A stretch of 64,000 bases of DNA from Nannocystis bainbridge (GTDB lineage: Bacteria; Myxococcota_A; Polyangia; Nannocystales; Nannocystaceae), in the NCBI RefSeq assembly GCF_028368995.1, contig NZ_JAQNDL010000001.1:1344001-1408000 (forward strand). The letters are read 5' to 3'. Every line of letters starts with the position of its first letter. Within the stretch, counting starts at the first letter, position 1. The notes beneath the pieces are model-generated. The model was not told the DNA's origin. It ran no database searches and worked only from the letters and a program-made list of their open reading frames with translations. The position numbers and the translations under genes were made by a program. Of the stretch, positions 1 to 11,621 are shown piece after piece.

Positions 1-1
1 C

Positions 2-1198
<1,197 letters not shown>

Positions 1199-1219
1199 TC
1201 CGGCGCGGCTCGCCGCGTA

Positions 1220-1250
1220 AGACCCGCCTGCGCGCCGCGCCGGCGGGTCT
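1220..1250. terminator. Hairpin between convergent genes
   Basis: AGACCCGCC(1220-1228)...GGCGGGTCT(1242-1250) followed by CTTCGTT. Confidence 0.5.
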
Positions 1251-1256
1251 CTTCGT

Positions 1257-2111
1257 TCATTCGTCGTAGTTGTACGCCACCGAGTATTCGACGCAGGCGT
1301 CGGCCGGCGCCTGGTCGAGGCGGATGAACACCCGCGCGTTGTCGTTCAGGAGCGTGCAGTCGAGGTTGAAGTCGACGTCGCCGTCGCCGCAGCAGCCGGG
1401 GTGACCGCCGGGCGAGGCGACCTCGCTGGTGCCGTTGGGACAGTTGATGTTGGCGGTGCCCTGGTCGCAGTCGGCGAACACGCACAGGCGCACGTCGTCG
1501 CTGGCGGTCAGCGTGTGCGCGGTGTTGGGGCCGATGACGCACAGCGCGTTCCACACCCCGTAGTATGAGAACCAGTCGGCGTCGCCGTCGCCGTCGAGCA
1601 CGCCCTCGACCGTCTGCGCCATCGCCCCGCAGCCCTGCTCGCCGAGGTCGATCGCGTTGGCCTCGCTGTTGTTCGGCTCCGGCCCCGGGTCGTCGCAGGT
1701 CGGCCCGCCGGTGGTCGTCGTGGCGTCGGTGTCCCCCTCCGTCGTCGTCCCCTCCGTCGTCGTCGCGGCCTCGGTGGTGCTCGCGGTCGGCTCCAGCGTG
1801 CCTTCGCCGTTGGAGTCCGAGCCCCCGCCCTCGCACTCGCACATCCCGTAGCTCTTGCCGTCGGGGTTGCAGTCCTGCGAGCCCATGTTGCCGGTCGGGC
1901 ACGTGCACGCGGCGCTCGACCCCGGCACGCACAGCTGGCCGCTCCCGCTGGTCGTCGGCGTGGCGGTCGTCGAGGTGTCGGTGTCGGTCCCGGTGCCCGT
2001 GCTGGTCCCGGTCCCGGTCTCGCTGGCGCCGTCGGTGCCGGTCTGGTCGGGGACTTCGCCGCACGCGACGGCCGCGAGCGCGCTGAGGAAGACGAAGGGA
2101 GAGATCCGCAT
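1257..2111 (-). CDS. Cys-rich lipoprotein with Thr-rich stalks and EPNN/DxDWF (PPC-like) motif
   Basis: Lipobox AVAC, TGT-rich linkers, EPNNSEANA..DGDADWF, many Cys. Confidence 0.75.
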   Translation of the reverse strand: MRISPFVFLSALAAVACGEVPDQTGTDGASETGTGTSTGTGTDTDTSTTATPTTSGSGQLCVPGSSAACTCPTGNMGSQDCNPDGKSYGMCECEGGGSDSNGEGTLEPTASTTEAATTTEGTTTEGDTDATTTTGGPTCDDPGPEPNNSEANAIDLGEQGCGAMAQTVEGVLDGDGDADWFSYYGVWNALCVIGPNTAHTLTASDDVRLCVFADCDQGTANINCPNGTSEVASPGGHPGCCGDGDVDFNLDCTLLNDNARVFIRLDQAPADACVEYSVAYNYDE

Positions 2112-2366
2112 GGTCTCCCCAGTATCACAGCAGGGTGACGCTCACGAGCGCGGCGTGCGAGGACGCGATGCGCCCCGACATCGCCGTACCCCCCTCCCGG
2201 GCCCAGCGAGCGCGACCGGAGTGCAACGAGTTCCACTCGCCCGAATGGCGGCACTCGACTTCGCCGCTGGCGACCTCGATCGATTCGCCGCGCTCGCAAT
2301 CACCGCACCGTGAACGCCGCCGCGCGGGGGCTGCATTCGACATCCCGCAATTGCTAACCTGCGCCC

Positions 2367-3020
2367 GTGGCCGACACGATCGATTTCTTCTTCGACGTCA
2401 TCTCGCCCTACGTGTACCTCGCCGACGCCCTGCTGCCGGGGCTGCGCGCGCGCCATCCGGGCCTCGTGATCGTGCATCGACCGGTCCTGTTCGCCGGCCT
2501 GCTCAAGCACTGGGGGCAGCTCGGCCCGGCCGAGATCGCCAGCAAGCGGGTGTTCATGTTCAAGGACATCCTGCGCCGCGCCGCCGAGCACGACCTCCCG
2601 CTGCGCGGCCCCGCCTCGCACCCGTTCAACCCCCTGCTCGCGCAGCGCACCATCCTCGCCGCCGCGCCGGAGCAGCGGGCCGCGGCGACCACCGCGATCG
2701 CGCGCGCCGGCTGGGCCGAGGGCGCCGAGCTCGGCGACCCGGCGACGATCGTCGCCGCCCTCGATCGCGCCGGTCTGCCCGGCGCCGCCCTGGTCGCCCG
2801 CGCCGGCGAGGCCGACATCAAGGCCGCGCTGGTCCGCGAGACCGAGCAGGCCATCGCCCTCGGCGTGTTCGGCGTGCCGAGCTTCCTCGTCCGCGGCGAG
2901 CTCGTGTGGGGCCAGGACCGCCTGCGCGACGTCGAGGCCATCCTCGCCGGGCGCGACCCGGTGACCCCCGCCGCGGTCGAGTCGCTGCTGACCCGCCCCG
3001 CGTCGGCCAACCGCCGCTGA
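2367..3020 (+). CDS. 2-hydroxychromene-2-carboxylate isomerase / DsbA-like (kappa GST) protein
   Basis: IDFFFDVISPYVYLA, HPFNPL, GVFGVPSF..GELVWGQDRL. Confidence 0.9.
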   Translation: MADTIDFFFDVISPYVYLADALLPGLRARHPGLVIVHRPVLFAGLLKHWGQLGPAEIASKRVFMFKDILRRAAEHDLPLRGPASHPFNPLLAQRTILAAAPEQRAAATTAIARAGWAEGAELGDPATIVAALDRAGLPGAALVARAGEADIKAALVRETEQAIALGVFGVPSFLVRGELVWGQDRLRDVEAILAGRDPVTPAAVESLLTRPASANRR

Positions 3021-3021
3021 T

Positions 3022-6000
3022 TCACACGTCGAGCGGGTAGTTCTCGAGCGACTCCGGCGCGCGTGGCGGCGGCGGCGGCGGCTTCTTGCCCTTCACCAGG
3101 TCCCACCACGCCCCCACGCCTGCGCGCAGGTCCTCGACCGCGAGGTACAGCGCCGGCACCAGGACCAACGTGATCCCGGTCGCGAACATCACCCCGAAGC
3201 CGAGGCTGATCGCCATCGGGATGAGGAAGCGGGCCTGGACCGACGGCTCGAGGATCATCGGCATCAGCCCGAAGAAGGTCGTCACCGACGTCAGCAAGAT
3301 CGGCCGGAACCGGCGCACGCCGGCGGCGATGACCGCCTCGAAGTGACCGAGCTTGCGCGTGCGGCGGAACTCGTTGGTCGCGTCGATCAGCACCAGCGAG
3401 TCGTTCACGACCACCCCCGACAGCGCCACCATGCCCATCATGCTCATCATGCTCAGCTCGTAGCCGAGCAGGATGTGGCCGCCGATCGCCCCGACCAGGC
3501 CGAACGGGATCGCGGCCATGACGATGAGCGGCTGCACGTAGCTGCGGAACGGGATCGCCAGCAGGGCGTAGATCGCCAGCAGGGCCATCAGCGCGCCCGT
3601 CTTGAGGCTGGCGAACGACTCGGCCTGCTCGCGGTTCTCGCCGCCCATCTGCCAGCTGAGGCCCGGGTACTTGTCGGCCAGCCCGTCGAGCAGCTCCGCC
3701 TTGAGCTTGCCGTTGACCATGCCCGGGGTCGCCTCGCCCTCGCGCAGCTCGGCGGTGACGTGGACGATGCGCTTGCCGTTGGCGCGCTCGATCGACGGCC
3801 AGCTGCGGCCGCGCTCGATCACCGCCGCCTCGTTGAGCGGCACCTCCCCGCCCTGCGGCGTGCGGATCAGCAGCTCCTCGATGTCGTGCTCGCTGCGCCG
3901 CTCGTCGAGCGGCAGGCGGGCGATCACCCGCACCTCGTCGCGGCCGTCCTGCTGGCGCAGCGCCTCGGCGCCGAAGAACGCCCCGCGGACCTGGCGGGCG
4001 ATGTCCGTCGAAGTCAGCCCGAGCGTGCGCGCCTCGGGCGTCAGCGTCAGGTCGAGCTGCGGCTTGCCGAGCGCGACCCCGTTCTCGACGTCGTGCACCC
4101 CGGCGTAGCCGCGCAGCACCGCGGTCACCTCGTCGGCGGCCCGCTCGAGCACTTCCTCGTCGACGTGGCTCAGCTCGACGTCGACCGGCTTGCCGGCGCT
4201 CGGGCCCATGTTGGCGCTGAAGTTGATCGTCTTCGCCTCGGGCACCGGTCCGACGCGCTTGCGCCACTCGGCCGCGAAGTCACCGGTCTTGAAGTCGCGC
4301 AGGTCGCTCGGCACGAAGAACACGCGCACGTTGGCGACGTGGCCGCCCGAGGCCCCGCTGGCGCCGCCCGGGCCCATCACCGGCCCGCGCGAGCCGACCT
4401 GGGCGAACAGCCCGCGCAGCACCTCGTCGCCGCCGTACTCCTTCACGACCTCCTGGGCCGCGCGGACCATGCGCTCCTGGACCCGGCGGGTCTGCTCGAC
4501 CGACGACCCGTACGGCAGCTCGACCGCCGCGGTGACGACGTCGCCCTCGATGCCGGGCAAGAAGCGGAACCCGATCAGCCCCGACGCGACGTACGTCAGC
4601 GTCAGCAGCAGCGTCGCCACCCCGAGCGTCAGCGTGAAGTAGCGGAACCGCAGCGCCGCGCGGGCGAACGGCGTGTAGACCTTGTCGATGAAGCGGTCGA
4701 GCGCGACCACGAAGCGCTGCTGGAACTTGAAGATCGCCCCGTAGACGCCGCCCTCGGGCCGGGTCAGGTGCCCGAGGTGGGCCGGCAGGATCAACAGCGA
4801 CTCGACCAGCGAGAAGATCAGCACCGTGATCACGATGACCGGGATCACGTTCATGAACTTGCCCATGAAGCCGGGCAGGAAGAACAGCGGCGTGAACGCG
4901 GCGACCGTGGTCAGCACCGAGAACACCACCGGGATGCCGACCTCGCGCGCGCCGCCGACCGCCGCGTCGATGTACGCCTCGCCGCGCTGGGCCCGCTCGA
5001 AGATGTTCTCGCCGATCACGATCGCGTCGTCGACGACCATGCCGAGCACGATGATGAAGGCGAACAGCGAGATCATGTTCACCGACACGCCGAGCAGCGG
5101 CATCAGGAACAGCGCGCCGAGGAACGACGTCGGGATGCCCCACGCGACCCACAGCGCCACCCGGATCTCGAGGAACAGGCTGAGGCACAGCACCACCAGG
5201 ATCAGCCCGCTCCGCGCGTTGCGCATCAGCAGGTCCATGCGCTGGGCGTAGATCTCGGACATGTCCTGCCACTGGGCGATCGACACGCCCGCGGGCAGCT
5301 GCGCCTGGTACTTCGCGGTCAGCTCGCGCACCGCCTCGGCGACCGCGAGCGGCTTCTGCGAGCCGATCCGGTACACGCGGATCATCACCGCCGACATGCC
5401 GGCGAAGCTGGCCGACTCGTCGGTCTCGGCGAACGTCTCGCGCACGCGGGCGATGTCGCCGAGGCGGACCTCGGTGCCGGCGGTGCCGGTGACCACCGGG
5501 ATCTCGGAGAACCCGCGCTCGTCCTCGCGGCGCTCGTCGGTGCGGACCAGGACCTCGCCGGTGGCCGTCTTGACCCCGCCGCCGGGCAGCTGCAGCGACG
5601 TCTGGCTGACCTTCTGGGCGATCTGCTCGAGCGTCAGGTTGTGCACCCGCAGCTGCTCGCGCGGGACCTCGATCGAGATCTCTTTCTTCGGCGCGCCGGC
5701 GAGGTCGGCCTGGGTGATCCGCGGATCGGAGAGATAGACGTCGCGGGCCTGCTCGGCGATCCGGCGCAGCACCCGCAAGTCCTGCTCGCCGTAGACCACC
5801 ATCGAGATCACCTCGGAGCGGTTCGTGACCAGGCTGACGACCGGCCGCTCGGCGTCCTTCGGCAGCGAAGTGATGCGGTCCACCGCCGACTTCACGTCGG
5901 CCAGCACCTTCTCGTCGTCGGCGTCGATCGTCAGCTCGGCGCTGATGCGGGCCGCGCCCTCCGACGCGACCGCGACCACGCGCTTGACCCCGTCGATGCC

Positions 6001-6258
6001 GCGGACCGCCTCCTCGACCGCGAGCACGATGCCCTGCTCGACCTCGGCCGGGCTGGCGCCGGGGTACGGCACGCTGATCGAGACCATGTCGAGCTCGGTC
6101 TCGGGGAACACCTCCTGCTTGACGCGGCCGGCCATCAGCAGGCCGCCGACCAGCAGGAGGATCATCAGCAGGTTGGCGGCGACCGGGTTCTTCGCCATCC
6201 AGGCGATCGGGCCGCTGCCAGTCACCATGCCGGACGCACCTGAAGAATTCGAGTCCAT
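3022..6258 (-). CDS. RND efflux permease (AcrB/AcrD/AcrF family)
   Basis: 1078 aa; YPGASPAEVE, GMVVDDAIVIGE, GVVVNDSLVL, RFRPILLTS. Confidence 0.95.
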   Translation of the reverse strand: MDSNSSGASGMVTGSGPIAWMAKNPVAANLLMILLLVGGLLMAGRVKQEVFPETELDMVSISVPYPGASPAEVEQGIVLAVEEAVRGIDGVKRVVAVASEGAARISAELTIDADDEKVLADVKSAVDRITSLPKDAERPVVSLVTNRSEVISMVVYGEQDLRVLRRIAEQARDVYLSDPRITQADLAGAPKKEISIEVPREQLRVHNLTLEQIAQKVSQTSLQLPGGGVKTATGEVLVRTDERREDERGFSEIPVVTGTAGTEVRLGDIARVRETFAETDESASFAGMSAVMIRVYRIGSQKPLAVAEAVRELTAKYQAQLPAGVSIAQWQDMSEIYAQRMDLLMRNARSGLILVVLCLSLFLEIRVALWVAWGIPTSFLGALFLMPLLGVSVNMISLFAFIIVLGMVVDDAIVIGENIFERAQRGEAYIDAAVGGAREVGIPVVFSVLTTVAAFTPLFFLPGFMGKFMNVIPVIVITVLIFSLVESLLILPAHLGHLTRPEGGVYGAIFKFQQRFVVALDRFIDKVYTPFARAALRFRYFTLTLGVATLLLTLTYVASGLIGFRFLPGIEGDVVTAAVELPYGSSVEQTRRVQERMVRAAQEVVKEYGGDEVLRGLFAQVGSRGPVMGPGGASGASGGHVANVRVFFVPSDLRDFKTGDFAAEWRKRVGPVPEAKTINFSANMGPSAGKPVDVELSHVDEEVLERAADEVTAVLRGYAGVHDVENGVALGKPQLDLTLTPEARTLGLTSTDIARQVRGAFFGAEALRQQDGRDEVRVIARLPLDERRSEHDIEELLIRTPQGGEVPLNEAAVIERGRSWPSIERANGKRIVHVTAELREGEATPGMVNGKLKAELLDGLADKYPGLSWQMGGENREQAESFASLKTGALMALLAIYALLAIPFRSYVQPLIVMAAIPFGLVGAIGGHILLGYELSMMSMMGMVALSGVVVNDSLVLIDATNEFRRTRKLGHFEAVIAAGVRRFRPILLTSVTTFFGLMPMILEPSVQARFLIPMAISLGFGVMFATGITLVLVPALYLAVEDLRAGVGAWWDLVKGKKPPPPPPRAPESLENYPLDV

Positions 6259-6292
6259 GGCGCTCCTCGCTGCGTCCGCAGCCGGTCTCGTG

Positions 6293-7543
6293 TCAGTTGC
6301 TCGGCTGCGGCTTGGCGGCCGCGATCAGCGGCGGCGCGTCGCCCTCGATCGTCACTTGCAAGCCCTCGGTCGGGGTCGCCAGCGGCGTGGTCACGATCGC
6401 CTCGCCGGCCGCCAGCCCGCGCGCCAGCACCGTCGTCGCCGAGCGCCACACCACCTCGACCGCGCGCAGCGTCAGCTTGCCGTCGACCACCAGCCACACC
6501 TTGTCGTCGTCGACCATGGCGACCCGCGGGACCTCGGTGGTGTCGACCAGCGGCTGGCCGGCCAGCTCGACGCGCACCGAGCTGCCGAGCAGCAGCGGCA
6601 GGCGCGGGGTCGGGGCCGCCGCGGCCGGTGCGTCGCTGACCTTTGGGACCTGTCCGTAGAGACCTGTCCCGAGAGGATCGGGGACCGCCACCAGCACCCG
6701 GGCCATGCGACCGCGCGCGTCGACCTGGCCGAGCAGGCGCTCGACGTAGCCCTCGCGCTCGATGACCACGCCGGCGCCGGCGTCGTGGATGACCCGAGCC
6801 GGCGAGCCGCGCAGGCCGGTCGTGTTGACGCCGGGGATCTCCAGGTGCACGAGCTGCGACACCGGCACCGCGATCTCGACCCAGTAGCGGTCGATCGCCA
6901 CCAGCGTCGCCAGCTGCGTCTGCGTCGTCACCACCTGCCCGAGCTCGACGGTCGCGTCGGTCACCATCGCGTCGAACGGCGCGCGGACCATCGTCCGCCC
7001 GAGGTCGCGCCGGGCCCGGCCGAACTGCTCGCGGGCGGCTTCGACGTTGGCCTGGGCGCTGCGCACGTGGACGTCTCGCAGCGCGAACTCGCGCGCGTGA
7101 TCGGCCAGCGCGTCGGAGCGGCCCTGCCACTCGTATTCGGCGACCGTCTTGCGCCCGCGTTCGTCGGCGAGAGCGACCGAGGCCTGCTCGAGCGCGGCCC
7201 GCTGCGACGCGACCTGGGCCGACACGTCGCGCGCGTCGATGCGGATCAGCGGGTCGCCGCGGCGCAGCAGGCCGCCGGGGGCGAGCCCGTCGCTGCGCTC
7301 GACGACGCGGCCGTTGACCTCCGACGTGACGCGCAGCTGATGGACCGGCTTGACCTCGCCGAGCCCGCGCACGGTCACCGGATGCGCGCCGGGCAGCGCC
7401 CGTTGCACGACCACCGGCACGCTGCGGCGCTCGCTGGGCACCGCCTTGACCTCGGGCTTCATGCCGCGGATGACCTGCATCATCACGAACGCGACGACCA
7501 CGACCATGACGATCAGGACACCTTGAGCCAGCGCTCGCTTCAT
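6293..7543 (-). CDS. RND periplasmic adaptor (MFP)
   Basis: Likely start ATG 7543 (MKRALAQG + TM helix); VTSEVNGRV, VRAPFDA, VPRVAM; upstream of permease. Confidence 0.9.
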   Translation of the reverse strand: MKRALAQGVLIVMVVVVAFVMMQVIRGMKPEVKAVPSERRSVPVVVQRALPGAHPVTVRGLGEVKPVHQLRVTSEVNGRVVERSDGLAPGGLLRRGDPLIRIDARDVSAQVASQRAALEQASVALADERGRKTVAEYEWQGRSDALADHAREFALRDVHVRSAQANVEAAREQFGRARRDLGRTMVRAPFDAMVTDATVELGQVVTTQTQLATLVAIDRYWVEIAVPVSQLVHLEIPGVNTTGLRGSPARVIHDAGAGVVIEREGYVERLLGQVDARGRMARVLVAVPDPLGTGLYGQVPKVSDAPAAAAPTPRLPLLLGSSVRVELAGQPLVDTTEVPRVAMVDDDKVWLVVDGKLTLRAVEVVWRSATTVLARGLAAGEAIVTTPLATPTEGLQVTIEGDAPPLIAAAKPQPSN

Positions 7544-7787
7544 CGTCGGGGGGCTCCGTTTGCCCGTGGGGCATAGCGCGGGCGCCTCCGGAAGTACATC
7601 GTTTCCCCGGAGCCGCCGACGTCGGAAACCTCCGGTCCCGGCGGCGAAACCGGCGCCGTGTCCCGCGGACGCCTCCGCGTCGCGACGGGGGTTTTCTCTT
7701 GCGCGCGCGGGACGATCTCGCGCCGCCCGGGGTCGCGCTGCGGTAGTCTCGGCGAGCACGCCGAGGCGTCGGGCTCGGGCGACGGAC

Positions 7788-9500
7788 ATGACGCGAGACC
7801 ACGGCGACAACAAGCGCGGCCCCCTCGCCGACGAGTCCGAGCCCGACTGGCGCGACAGCTACGCGGCGGCGTTCCCCGGCAGCTCGGCCGAAGAAGTCAC
7901 CGTCGACACGCTGGCCAACATGTCGGCGCTGCCCGACTCGTCGCACGGCCCCGACACCGACGCCGAGGACGAGCTGTCGGAGCCGGCGCGGCGGCCGGGC
8001 TACCTCGGCGAGTCGGCGCGGATCGGCAAATACGCCGTCCTGCGCCAGCTCGGCGAGGGCGGCATGGGCGTCGTCTATTCGGCCTACGACGAGGAGCTCG
8101 ACCGCCGCGTCGCCCTCAAGCTCATCCGCCCCGGCCGCGACAACAGCCCGGCCAACCAGGCGCGCATGCAGCGGGAGGCGCGGGCGATGGCCCGGCTGTC
8201 CCACCCCAACGTCGTTCAGGTCTACGAGGTCAGCCGCTTCGAGCAGCAGGTCTACCTCGCCATGGAGTTCGTCCAGGGCCGCACGCTCGGCAGCTGGCTC
8301 AAGGCCCAGCCGCATACCTGGCAGCAGGTCCTGGACGTGATGGTGCAGGCAGGCCGGGGTCTGTCGGCCGCACACCAGGCCGACATCGTCCACGGCGACT
8401 TCAAGCCCGACAACGTGCTCATCGACGAGCACGAGCACGCGCGGGTCGTCGACTTCGGGCTCGCGCGCGCGGCCCCGCGGTCCGAGCCGGGCCTCAGCGC
8501 CTCGGGCCTGCGACGCGACGCCGCGGCGGCAGATCCCGCCGCCAGCGGCCGGGTCAGCATCGCCGGCGGCGCCGTCGGGGCCATGGGCGGCGAGCCGGAG
8601 CACCGCCACACCTCCGAGTCCGACGACGGCGTCCCGCTCCTCGACCCCGGCCGCAGCGGCGGCGGGCGGGTCGCCGGCACGCCCGCGTACATGGCCAGCG
8701 AGCAGCACGCCGGCCGCCACGCCGACGCGCGCACCGACCAGTTCAGCTTCGCCGTCACCCTCTACAGCGCGCTGTACGGCCACCACCCGTTCGCCGGCGG
8801 CAGCCTGCTCGAGCTCGTGATCAACGTCAGCGACGGCAAGATCCGCCCGCCGCCCGCCGACTCGCCGGTGCCCGCGGGCGTGCACGCTGCCATCGTCCGC
8901 GCCCTCGACCGCGACCCCGAGTACCGCTACGCCACCATGAGCGACCTGCTCGACGCGCTCAACCGCGGCTCCGGCCGCGCGCGCGACCCCGAGTTCGACC
9001 TCTCGGTCGCGCGCCCGCAGCGGGTCATGCTGTCGATGATCATCCCGGCCAGCATCCTGGCCATCACCGTCGTCCTGATCGTGTACAGCCCCGAGGGCAG
9101 CCTGTTGCCCTCCGCCGCCAGCAACGCGATCGCCGGCGCCGTCATCAACGTGGTCCTGTTCGGCCTCATCTTCGCGTACCGCGGCAACTTCTTCAAAAAC
9201 ACCATCAACCGCCGCGTCATGGCCTGGCTGGTCGTCTCCTCGCTGGCGATGCTGGTCCACCGGACGGCCGCGGTCGTGCTCGGCACCCCGGTCGCGACCA
9301 CCATGGTCAACGACCTGCTGATGCTCGGCGCCATCGCCACCATGGCGGGCATCGCCATCGAGCGCTGGATCTGGTACGCCGCCGGGGTCATGCTCGCCGG
9401 CGCCCTGCTGTGCGCCGCCTTCCCGGCGGTCTCCTCGCTGATCCTGGTCGGCTCGCTGGTGGCGGTGTTCCTGCTCGCCTTCCGCTTCTGGAGCCGCTAG
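7788..9500 (+). CDS. Hanks-type Ser/Thr protein kinase with C-terminal multi-pass membrane domain
   Basis: LGEGGMGVVY, VALK, HGDFKPDN, DFG, GTPAYMASE, DQFSF; about 5-6 hydrophobic helices at C-terminus; start ATG 7788 inferred. Confidence 0.9.
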   Translation: MTRDHGDNKRGPLADESEPDWRDSYAAAFPGSSAEEVTVDTLANMSALPDSSHGPDTDAEDELSEPARRPGYLGESARIGKYAVLRQLGEGGMGVVYSAYDEELDRRVALKLIRPGRDNSPANQARMQREARAMARLSHPNVVQVYEVSRFEQQVYLAMEFVQGRTLGSWLKAQPHTWQQVLDVMVQAGRGLSAAHQADIVHGDFKPDNVLIDEHEHARVVDFGLARAAPRSEPGLSASGLRRDAAAADPAASGRVSIAGGAVGAMGGEPEHRHTSESDDGVPLLDPGRSGGGRVAGTPAYMASEQHAGRHADARTDQFSFAVTLYSALYGHHPFAGGSLLELVINVSDGKIRPPPADSPVPAGVHAAIVRALDRDPEYRYATMSDLLDALNRGSGRARDPEFDLSVARPQRVMLSMIIPASILAITVVLIVYSPEGSLLPSAASNAIAGAVINVVLFGLIFAYRGNFFKNTINRRVMAWLVVSSLAMLVHRTAAVVLGTPVATTMVNDLLMLGAIATMAGIAIERWIWYAAGVMLAGALLCAAFPAVSSLILVGSLVAVFLLAFRFWSR

Positions 9501-9508
9501 CCCGCGCC

Positions 9509-11542
9509 ATGTCCACCAGCGCCCAAACCTTCGCCGAGCGGGTCGAGCGGGGCCTCCTGCACGCCTACCACGGCGACGTCGTCGACCACGCCGCGCGCTA
9601 CGCCGTGCGCACGGGTCACTACCCTTCCGACCTGTCCGGAAGGACATTCACCACCGTCTTCCCGTACCAGGCCATCCACGAGCACCACGAGCTCAACGTC
9701 AACCCGCACATGCTCACCGCCAGCGGGCGGCTGTTGACCCTCGACCTCGAGCCGCACCGCGACGGCGGCAACGTGTTCATCCGCGCCGCCACCCGCTTCA
9801 TCGAGAACCAGAGCTGGCACCTGCGCAAGCTGGCGCCCGAGGCGTTCGTGCGCACCGACTTCGCCGAGTTCTCGTGGTTCGGCACTTCCAACCTCACCAA
9901 CACCTCGCCGATCCCGACCTTCCCGGTCGGCGCCCACGACGGCAAGGCCGGGCGGCGCCTGCTGCTGTCGTACGACGCCGGCCGCCCGGTCGAGGTCTCG
10001 CCGAAGACGCTCGAGCACATCACCCCGGTCGGGCGCCCGGGCGACTACCACACCGCCGTCGGCAGCTCGTTCAGCCCGATGATCATGACCACCGGGCACC
10101 CGGTGTACGACCCTGACTTCGAGCCGGGCAAGCCGCGGCTGCTCTATACCAACATCGTCCCGCGGGTCGCCGACTTCCTCCACGTCAACAAGCCGATCCG
10201 CGCCGACCTCTACATCACCACCTGGGACGGCGGCCCCGCCCCGCCGACCCCGCCGCTGCGGGTCACCGTCGACGGCCACGGCGTGATCCTCGGCCACGCC
10301 AGCGTCCACCAGATCTGCCTCACCCGCAATTACCTGGTCGTCTTCAACGCCAACCTGGTCCTCAACACCTCGTCGCTGGTCGAGCCGCTGACGCCGCTGC
10401 TGTGGAAGTGGCTGGTCGAGAGCCGCACGATCGAGGTCCCGCGCAACCTGCGGGTGCTGTACCGCTGGCTGCGGATCCGCCTGCGCGAGGCCACGCCCGA
10501 CCACGTGTGCCCGGTCTACTTCATCCACAAGGACGACATCCGCCGCGCCCTCGCCTCGGGCGCGCGCGACCTGCCGGCGAAGCGCGTCGACCTGATGTGG
10601 GAGCTGACGCATGCGCTGACCGACTACGACGACGACGGCGACGTCGTCACGATCTTCGCCCAGCACAACGTCGGCGCCGACCCGGCCGACCAGATGGAGG
10701 CGGGCGATCGCCTGATCGGCGGCGGCATCGTGCCCGACAGCCTGCTCGGCATGTTCTCGTCGGCGACCGACCTCAACCAGGTCCGCCGGCACGTCGTCGA
10801 CCTGCGCCGCGGCACCGTCGAGACGCGCGCGTTCCCCCACCCCGACGACCGCGAGAACTTCCCGCTCGGGCTCAACATCCTGCCGCCGCTGCAGATCTCG
10901 CCGTACCTGTCGGAGCACGACACGTCGGGCACGCCGAACCTGCTCCGCACCTGTCGCCGCCTCGACGCCACCTACTGGGTCGCCGGCGGCTGGCTGCCGC
11001 AGACGATGAGCGCGCGGGTGTTCGCCAACTTCCGCCGCGGCCGCCCCGACGAGGCCTGGCCGCCGCGCCGCCTGCTCCCCGAGCCCGAGTTCGTCGAGCG
11101 CATCGCCGACCCGAACAACACCGTCCGCTTCTACCGCCTCGACCACGAGATGCGGCTCGACAGCTGCTTCACCTTCGAGCCCGGGTTCTTCATGGCGGCG
11201 CCGATCTTCGTGCCGCGTCCGGACAGCCAGAGCACCCGCGACGGCTACATCGTCGCGCTCGTGTGGGGCCCGGACCACCCCGACATGGAGATCTGGATCT
11301 GGGACGCCGCCCAGCCGCTCGACCGCGGCCCGATCTGCACCCTCGGCCCCGGCCCGCACGAGCAGGGCATCCGCCCCGGCTTCCCGCTCCACAGCGCGTG
11401 GGTCGACCGCGGCGGCATCGACGAGTGGGAGCGCCCGCCCTACGAGGTGCCCACCATCGAGATGCCGACCTACCTCAAGCTGCTCGAGCTCGGCACGATC
11501 GGCGCCGGCGTGCTGCGCCGGCTGTGGCAGCAAGGCCGATGA
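9509..11542 (+). CDS. Carotenoid oxygenase / RPE65-family protein
   Basis: Real start ATG 9509 within ORF 7658..11542; SYDAGRPVEV, TGHPVYD, SVHQICLT, THAL, PIFVPR..DGYIV, FPLHSAW (four candidate Fe-binding His). Confidence 0.75.
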   Translation: MSTSAQTFAERVERGLLHAYHGDVVDHAARYAVRTGHYPSDLSGRTFTTVFPYQAIHEHHELNVNPHMLTASGRLLTLDLEPHRDGGNVFIRAATRFIENQSWHLRKLAPEAFVRTDFAEFSWFGTSNLTNTSPIPTFPVGAHDGKAGRRLLLSYDAGRPVEVSPKTLEHITPVGRPGDYHTAVGSSFSPMIMTTGHPVYDPDFEPGKPRLLYTNIVPRVADFLHVNKPIRADLYITTWDGGPAPPTPPLRVTVDGHGVILGHASVHQICLTRNYLVVFNANLVLNTSSLVEPLTPLLWKWLVESRTIEVPRNLRVLYRWLRIRLREATPDHVCPVYFIHKDDIRRALASGARDLPAKRVDLMWELTHALTDYDDDGDVVTIFAQHNVGADPADQMEAGDRLIGGGIVPDSLLGMFSSATDLNQVRRHVVDLRRGTVETRAFPHPDDRENFPLGLNILPPLQISPYLSEHDTSGTPNLLRTCRRLDATYWVAGGWLPQTMSARVFANFRRGRPDEAWPPRRLLPEPEFVERIADPNNTVRFYRLDHEMRLDSCFTFEPGFFMAAPIFVPRPDSQSTRDGYIVALVWGPDHPDMEIWIWDAAQPLDRGPICTLGPGPHEQGIRPGFPLHSAWVDRGGIDEWERPPYEVPTIEMPTYLKLLELGTIGAGVLRRLWQQGR

Positions 11543-11619
11543 CCTGCCCCTCGGGGCATGTCCTCGAGGTCATGTCCTAAAGCGCATGTCCCCGAGGGCA
11601 TGTCCCCGCGGACATATCC
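11540..11619. repeat. 14-bp-period GGACATGTCC-type array, 6 units, between convergent genes
   Basis: Cores CCTG 11543, CATG 11557/11571/11585/11599, CATA 11613. Confidence 0.9.
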
Positions 11620-11621
11620 CA

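Noticed and set aside
5257-5266. Isolated perfect GGACATGTCC in the RND gene
   Set aside because: No partner at +/-14 bp, and it is explained by ordinary codons (Gln-Asp-Met-Ser).
3022-7543. RND/MFP pairs lacking an outer-membrane factor as something novel
   Set aside because: Common arrangement, since TolC-like partners are often encoded elsewhere.
7658-9508. 1294-aa ORF 7658..11542 as one giant protein
   Set aside because: The N-terminal ~617 aa are an Arg/Pro-rich off-frame shadow of the kinase gene. Protein-like sequence begins at ATG 9509.
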